From: Longimicrobiales bacterium | Lineage (GTDB): Bacteria > Gemmatimonadota > Gemmatimonadetes > Longimicrobiales > Gaopeijiaceae | DNA: 64,000 nucleotides | Assembly (NCBI GenBank): GCA_965248195.1 | Contig: CBDFIQ010000002.1 | Location: forward strand, 1,376,001 to 1,440,000 | Reading direction: 5' to 3' | Part shown: positions 57,937 to 64,000 of the stretch, in pieces | How positions within the stretch are numbered: position 1 is the first letter of the stretch | How the letters are laid out: each line of letters starts with the position of its first letter | Position numbers and translations under genes: made by a program | The notes under the pieces: model-generated | What the model was told of the DNA's origin: nothing | Seen by the model: the letters and a program-made list of their open reading frames with translations, nothing else | The model's database searches: none

Positions 57937-58862
57937 GAGACTTCCTGGCGATCACGGGGCCGACGACCTCCGGGAAGACGCAGGTCTCGATCGCGGTCGC
58001 CGAGGCGCTGGACGCCGAAATCATCTGCATGGATTCCCGGCAGGTCTACCGGGGGATGGACATCGGTACGGACAAGGTCTCCACGGAAAATCGAGACCGG
58101 GTGCGCCATCACGGCCTCGACCTCCGGGACCCGGACGAGTTCTATAGCGCCGGGCAGTTCGGCCGGAATGCCCGCGGCTGGATCGAAGAGATTTCTGGAC
58201 GAGGGCACGTTCCTCTTTTGGTCGGGGGCACGGGTTTGTTTCTGCGATCCTTGACCCATCCGTTGTTCAAACAGCCGGACATCGACGCGACGCGCCTCGA
58301 AGCGCTTCGTGGCTTCATGGCCAAGCGGCCCGCGACCGAGTTGGAGCGCTGGGTTGGGGCGCTGGACTCCGGCCGCACGGATCTCGCCCGGGAGGGAGGT
58401 CCGCAGCGTCTGGGCCGGACCATCGAGGTGGCGCTCCTTACGGGTCGCCCCCTCTCGTGGTGGCACTCACAGGGCACGCCGGCCCAAGAGCCCCTCGAGG
58501 GTCTTATCGTCGTGCTCGACAAGGACCGTGAGGAACTGGACCGGCGCATCGACGCCCGGGTAACCCGGATGGCGGCCGAGGGGCTGGTCGACGAAGTGAA
58601 GGGCTTGATGGAGAAAGGATATGGGCCGGAGGATCCGGGGATGACCAGCACGGGGTACCGGGAAATCGCCGCCTACATCGGTGGGGACATGACACTGGAG
58701 GAGGCCCTCGACCGAATGCGGTCTCAAACCAGACAGTACGCGCGCCGGCAGCTCACTTGGTTCCGGCACCAGCTACCGGAAGACACGATCAACGTCGATA
58801 CTTCGCGGCCCCTGGACACGCAGGTGGCGGACGTGGTGGCGGCGTGGCGGCTCGAGGACTGA
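57933..58862 (+). CDS. miaA: tRNA dimethylallyltransferase
   Basis: GPTTSGKT, DSRQVYRGMDIGT.K, VGGTGL, TRQYARRQLTWFR. Confidence 0.96.
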   Translation: MRDFLAITGPTTSGKTQVSIAVAEALDAEIICMDSRQVYRGMDIGTDKVSTENRDRVRHHGLDLRDPDEFYSAGQFGRNARGWIEEISGRGHVPLLVGGTGLFLRSLTHPLFKQPDIDATRLEALRGFMAKRPATELERWVGALDSGRTDLAREGGPQRLGRTIEVALLTGRPLSWWHSQGTPAQEPLEGLIVVLDKDREELDRRIDARVTRMAAEGLVDEVKGLMEKGYGPEDPGMTSTGYREIAAYIGGDMTLEEALDRMRSQTRQYARRQLTWFRHQLPEDTINVDTSRPLDTQVADVVAAWRLED

Positions 58863-58900
58863 ACGATAAACGGGCCACGACAGGAAGGGCGAATGATCGA

Positions 58901-60052
58901 ATGAAAATCGGGGTGACCTGTTATCCGACCTACGGTGGCTCCGGAGCCGTGGCCACGGCGTTGGGGATCGAGTTTGCCGAGCGGGGTCACGAGATCCATT
59001 TCGTTTCGTACGCTCAGCCTTTCCGCCTGGGACGTTTCCACGAGCGCGTGTTTTTCCACGAAGTGGAGATGGAGCAGTATCCTCTCTTCGAGCATCCGCC
59101 CTACACGTTGGCTCTCGCGGTCGCGCTGCACGACGCCGCGCGCACCCATGATCTGGACCTGATCCACGTGCACTACGCGATTCCCCACGCCACGTCGGCG
59201 TGGATCGCACAGCAGATGCTCGGCAAGGAGGGTCCGCCCGTGGTGACCACCCTCCACGGCACGGATATCACCCTGGTAGGGATCCATCCGTCTTTTCAGG
59301 CGATCACCAGTTTTTCGATCCTCCAGTCGGACGGGATCACCTCGGTATCCCGTTTCCTCAAGGATCAGACCGTCCGGGACTTCGGCGTCGCGGCGGATGA
59401 CATCGAGGTGATTCCGAACTTTCTCGACACGGACGTATACGGGCCCGGCAAGGAGCCCTGCCACCGTGACACGCTCGCGGAGCCGGGGGAGAAGATCTTG
59501 ATGCACGTGTCGAACTTTCGGCCCGTGAAACGCGTCTGGGACGTGGTGAACGTGTTTGCTGGAGTCGCCGAACGCATGCCCGCCCGCTTGATCATGATCG
59601 GCGACGGGCCCGAGCGGCCTCGTGCCATCGAGGCGGCGGAGGCTCTGGGGGTGGGGGATCGTGTCGTCTTCCTGGGCAAGCACGGTGCGGTGGAGGAGCT
59701 CCTGCCGTGCGCCGACCTGTTTCTGTTACCGAGCGGGTCCGAATCCTTCGGCCTCGCGGCACTCGAAGCGATGGCCTCCGGCGCGCCGGTCGTGGCGTCC
59801 AATGCGGGGGGCCTGCCCGAGGTCGTGCCAAACGGCGAGGCGGGATATCTCTTCGAGCCGGGTGACGTGGAAGGCATGACGGGGGGAGCCATAGAGATCT
59901 TGAGTGACCCGGAGCGGTGGAAGGCGTTCAGCGAGGCGGGCCGTGCCGTGGCCGTCGAGCGTTTCTCGGCGGAGCGAGTGGTGCCGATATACGAGAACTT
60001 CTGCGAGCGCGTCATCGAGACGCACAGGCGCAAAGCGGACTCGCGCGAATGA
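58901..60052 (+). CDS. bshA: N-acetyl-alpha-D-glucosaminyl L-malate synthase (GT4)
   Basis: MKIGVTCYPTYGGSG, HVHYAIPHA, TTLHGTDITLVG, HVSNFRPVKR, ESFGLAALEA. Confidence 0.92.
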   Translation: MKIGVTCYPTYGGSGAVATALGIEFAERGHEIHFVSYAQPFRLGRFHERVFFHEVEMEQYPLFEHPPYTLALAVALHDAARTHDLDLIHVHYAIPHATSAWIAQQMLGKEGPPVVTTLHGTDITLVGIHPSFQAITSFSILQSDGITSVSRFLKDQTVRDFGVAADDIEVIPNFLDTDVYGPGKEPCHRDTLAEPGEKILMHVSNFRPVKRVWDVVNVFAGVAERMPARLIMIGDGPERPRAIEAAEALGVGDRVVFLGKHGAVEELLPCADLFLLPSGSESFGLAALEAMASGAPVVASNAGGLPEVVPNGEAGYLFEPGDVEGMTGGAIEILSDPERWKAFSEAGRAVAVERFSAERVVPIYENFCERVIETHRRKADSRE

Positions 60053-60885
60053 GCGTTTGGGAGGCGGTTTTCCTCGGGGTTCTCCAAGGGGCGACCGAAT
60101 TCTTTCCGGTATCGAGTTCCGGGCACCTGGTGGTCGGCCAGACGCTGCTCGGCTTGGAGATTCAGGGCGTGCAGTTCGTGGTGGCGGTACACGTAGCTAC
60201 GCTGATCTCGGTGCTCGTGATGTATCGGAGCCGTCTCATCGAGCTGCTTTACGGCGCGCTTCGGCGAGACGGAGATGCTTGGCGGTACGTGGGGCTGCTC
60301 GCCCTCGCGACGCTACCCGCGGCGATCGTCGGCGTGCTCTTGGTGGACACGATCGAGGGACTCTTCGAGAGCCCGTTCGTGCCGGCCACTGCCTTTCTGG
60401 TGACAGGCGGGATCCTGTGGAGCACGCGCCGGGTGCCCGGGCGGGCGGAGCTCGGGCGGGAGGGGAGCTCGGGTGGGAGGGAGCTCGGGCGCGAGGATCG
60501 GAAGAAACCAGGGTGGGGTGCTGCCTTGTTGATCGGCTTCGCCCAGGCGTTCGCCCTGGTGCCCGGCATCTCCCGCTCGGGGACGACGGTCGTGATGGCG
60601 CTGTGGCTCGGCGTGGCGGCTGAAGAGGCTGCCGCGTTCTCGTTCCTGATGGCGATCCCTGTGATCGCCGGAGCCGCGTTGCTCCAGATGCCGGACCTCA
60701 CTTCGCAGGGCCTGACCCTCTCGGGGACGGCCCTGGCCGCGGGCTCCATCGTGGCCGCCGTCACCGGAATCCTGGCGATCAAGGGTTTCGTGGCTCTGCT
60801 GGTGCGGAGGGCCTTCCACCGCTTCGCCATTTACTGCTGGGCACTTGGCGCAGCTTTCCTCGTCTACCTCTTCGTGTTCGGGTAG
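60049..60885 (+). CDS. uppP: Undecaprenyl-diphosphate phosphatase
   Basis: QGATEFFPVSSSGHL, Q..AL.PGISRSG.T, FSFL. Confidence 0.93.
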   Translation: MSVWEAVFLGVLQGATEFFPVSSSGHLVVGQTLLGLEIQGVQFVVAVHVATLISVLVMYRSRLIELLYGALRRDGDAWRYVGLLALATLPAAIVGVLLVDTIEGLFESPFVPATAFLVTGGILWSTRRVPGRAELGREGSSGGRELGREDRKKPGWGAALLIGFAQAFALVPGISRSGTTVVMALWLGVAAEEAAAFSFLMAIPVIAGAALLQMPDLTSQGLTLSGTALAAGSIVAAVTGILAIKGFVALLVRRAFHRFAIYCWALGAAFLVYLFVFG

Positions 60886-60892
60886 GGGGACG

Positions 60893-61702
60893 GTGAGCGG
60901 AGAGCCCGAGGTACTCGATCTCTGGGAGGGCCGACCGGTCGAGGAGTGGGCACGGCGCTGGGGCGTGCCGCACGTCGAGGCTTACGATGAGCTTCCCTCC
61001 ACGAACGATCGCCTCCGCGCTCTGGCGGAGGATGGGGCCTCCCACTTCACCGTGGTGACCGCCGACTTCCAGACCGGGGGAAAGGGACGGGGCGGAAAGC
61101 ACTGGGATTCGCCCCGCGGAATGGGCCTTTGGATCTCCTTTCTCGTGCGGAGTGACTCGGACGTCCCACCGACGCTCGTCCCGATCCTCGTGGGGTTGGC
61201 CGCCGCCCGTGCCCTCGAGCGGCTCTGCCCGTCGCTTAGGCCCGGGATCAAGTGGCCCAACGACATCGAGGTGGAGGGCCGAAAGCTGGGAGGTATCCTT
61301 TGCGAGGGCGCCGGGACCGGAGCGGTTGTTGTCGGGGTCGGTCTCAACCTTCGGCAGGGGATCGAGGACTTCGATCCCGGGTTGAAGGAACGAGCCGCGT
61401 CGATGGAGATGGCCGGGTGCAGGGGCGTGAGGCGATCGAGGGTCGCCGGTGAGCTCCTGTCGGCCGCACGTGCCCTGGTGAATCCACCCCCCCGGTTGCT
61501 CGACGAGCGGTTGAGGCAGGAGGTCCGGGACCGCGATACCTTAAACGGCCGAACGGTGCGTACCGACGTGGGTGTCACAGGAACGGCCATGGGCATCGCA
61601 GCTGACGGAGCACTCTTGGTGGAGGTCGACGGTGGAGTCGAGGAGATTCGAGCGGGGGGTGTGATGGCCGTGGGCAACATGAATGAGCGTGGAGGGGCGT
61701 GA
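60893..61702 (+). CDS. birA: Biotin-protein ligase (no N-terminal HTH)
   Basis: STND, QTGGKGRGG..W.SP, KWPND, KLGGIL.E, GVGLN. Confidence 0.9.
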   Translation: MSGEPEVLDLWEGRPVEEWARRWGVPHVEAYDELPSTNDRLRALAEDGASHFTVVTADFQTGGKGRGGKHWDSPRGMGLWISFLVRSDSDVPPTLVPILVGLAAARALERLCPSLRPGIKWPNDIEVEGRKLGGILCEGAGTGAVVVGVGLNLRQGIEDFDPGLKERAASMEMAGCRGVRRSRVAGELLSAARALVNPPPRLLDERLRQEVRDRDTLNGRTVRTDVGVTGTAMGIAADGALLVEVDGGVEEIRAGGVMAVGNMNERGGA

Positions 61703-61703
61703 C

Positions 61704-62480
61704 ATGGAGCTCGTCATCGACGTGGGAAACAGCGAGACCGTGCTCGGCATCGTGGATCCTGGAAAGCTCGATCTGCGCGCCCACTGGCGGTTGAGCACGC
61801 CGATTCCCCGCACGCCCGATGAATACAGACTGCTGCTGCAGTCGTTGCTTCGCGACGGCGGGATTTCCCACCACGACCTGACGATGGCTGTCCTAGGTTC
61901 GGTGGTGCCCTCCGCGACCCGAATTCTCACGGATACTCTCGAGCAGATTCTGGGAGGGCCACCCATCGTGGTAGACGCGCGGAGCCCACTGCCGATTCGG
62001 CTCGACGTGGACGAGCCGCTCACGGTCGGCGCCGATCGTATCGTGAACACACTCGCGGCTAAGGAGATGTACGGACGCGACACCATCGCCGTCGATCTCG
62101 GGACTGCCACCACGTTCGACTGCATTACGGCCGACGGCGTATTCGTCGGGGGTGTGATCGCCCAAGGCCTGGAGTCCGGGCTCGAGTGGCTGGGAAGGAA
62201 GACCGCCAAGCTCCCCCGGGTCGAGCTGACTCCGCCCGAGAGCGTGATCGGACGGCGCACGGAGGCGTGCATCCAAAGCGGCGTGTTCTTCTCGGCGGTC
62301 GACGCCGTGGACGGGATCGTTCGGCGGATCCTGGACGAATGGCAGCGGGAAGACGTCTTTGTGGTCGCGACCGGGGGATACGCCACCACCGTCGGTCCCC
62401 ACGCCCAGACCGTTGACCACATCGAACCCTTCCTCACCCTCTTCGGCCTCGCCCTCGCGGGGAGGACGATTCGGGGGTAG
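61704..62480 (+). CDS. coaX: Type III pantothenate kinase
   Basis: IDVGNS, VGADR, VDLGTATTFD, GGVIA, ATGG. Confidence 0.93.
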   Translation: MELVIDVGNSETVLGIVDPGKLDLRAHWRLSTPIPRTPDEYRLLLQSLLRDGGISHHDLTMAVLGSVVPSATRILTDTLEQILGGPPIVVDARSPLPIRLDVDEPLTVGADRIVNTLAAKEMYGRDTIAVDLGTATTFDCITADGVFVGGVIAQGLESGLEWLGRKTAKLPRVELTPPESVIGRRTEACIQSGVFFSAVDAVDGIVRRILDEWQREDVFVVATGGYATTVGPHAQTVDHIEPFLTLFGLALAGRTIRG

Positions 62481-62500
62481 GAGCCCGCGGTGCATTCCCG

Positions 62501-62562
62501 TTGACACGATCCCGTACGCCACTACATTTACGGCATTAGCACTCATGTGGTGAGAGTGCTGA
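62501..62562 (+). promoter_or_regulatory. groESL promoter and CIRCE operator (HrcA site)
   Basis: TTGACA (62501) ... TACATT (62523). TTAGCACTC-N9-GAGTGCTGA at 62536-62562 has one mismatch to the CIRCE consensus. Confidence 0.9.
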
Positions 62563-62611
62563 CAGTTCTCTAAACCTAATAATATCAACCAGTTAGTAGG
62601 AGGCGTTTCGG

Positions 62612-62917
62612 ATGGCAAACAAGACTGCGGTCAACGTCGAGCCGTTGGCGGATCGCGTGGTGGTGTCGCCCCTCGAGGAAGAGGAGCAAATGCGTGGAGG
62701 CCTGTACATCCCGGACACGGCCAAGGAGAAACCCCAATCCGGCAAGATCGTCGCCGTGGGGCCGGGCAAGCTCTCCGAGGAGGGTGTGAGAATCGAGCCC
62801 GACGTCGAGGTCGGCCAGACCGTTCTCTACGGGAAGTACAGTGGGACGGAAGTCACCGTAGAGGGCGAGGATTACCTCATCCTGCGCGAGTCGGACATCC
62901 TCGCCGTCCTCGGCTGA
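62612..62917 (+). CDS. groES: Co-chaperonin GroES
   Basis: [45 protein letters not shown]. Confidence 0.97.
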   Translation: MANKTAVNVEPLADRVVVSPLEEEEQMRGGLYIPDTAKEKPQSGKIVAVGPGKLSEEGVRIEPDVEVGQTVLYGKYSGTEVTVEGEDYLILRESDILAVLG

Positions 62918-62978
62918 CCTGCCGTGCGTTTCAAAGAAAACGAAAGAATTCACAAGCATCATACACAGGAGTAGATAG

Positions 62979-64000
<1,022 letters not shown>

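Overview
This is a GC-rich bacterial chromosomal segment. Gene content and order suggest Gemmatimonadota or a related FCB/Acidobacteria-like lineage (inference only). It is mostly housekeeping genes on the + strand: aroE, comF, gap-pgk-tpiA-secG, a 2-oxoacid dehydrogenase E2 with lipB, rnhA, carA, HU/IHF, an ECF sigma module, moaDEA, mdh, a TetR-controlled TolC/MFP/RND efflux operon, secDF, tatD, mutL-miaA-bshA-uppP-birA-coaX and a CIRCE-controlled groES-groEL. One apparently intact IS5-family element is present. Five features are not explained by ordinary annotation. (1) A ~350-nt ORF-less, highly structured transcription unit at about 8266-8615 has its own promoter and intrinsic terminator. 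(2) A dispersed palindromic element (2999-3301, 39133-39538, and a probable solo end at 25752) has terminal inverted repeats that differ between copies by 12 compensated substitutions, and every instance begins at a stop codon. (3) A sigma54-type TolC-MFP-ATPase-ATPase exporter locus has a repeated enhancer-like palindrome but no permease gene. (4) A REC-GGDEF cyclase is translationally coupled to an orphan PilB/GspE ATPase that carries a C-terminal receiver domain. (5) Short tandem duplications are pervasive, and several span stop codons. No tRNA, rRNA or CRISPR array was seen.
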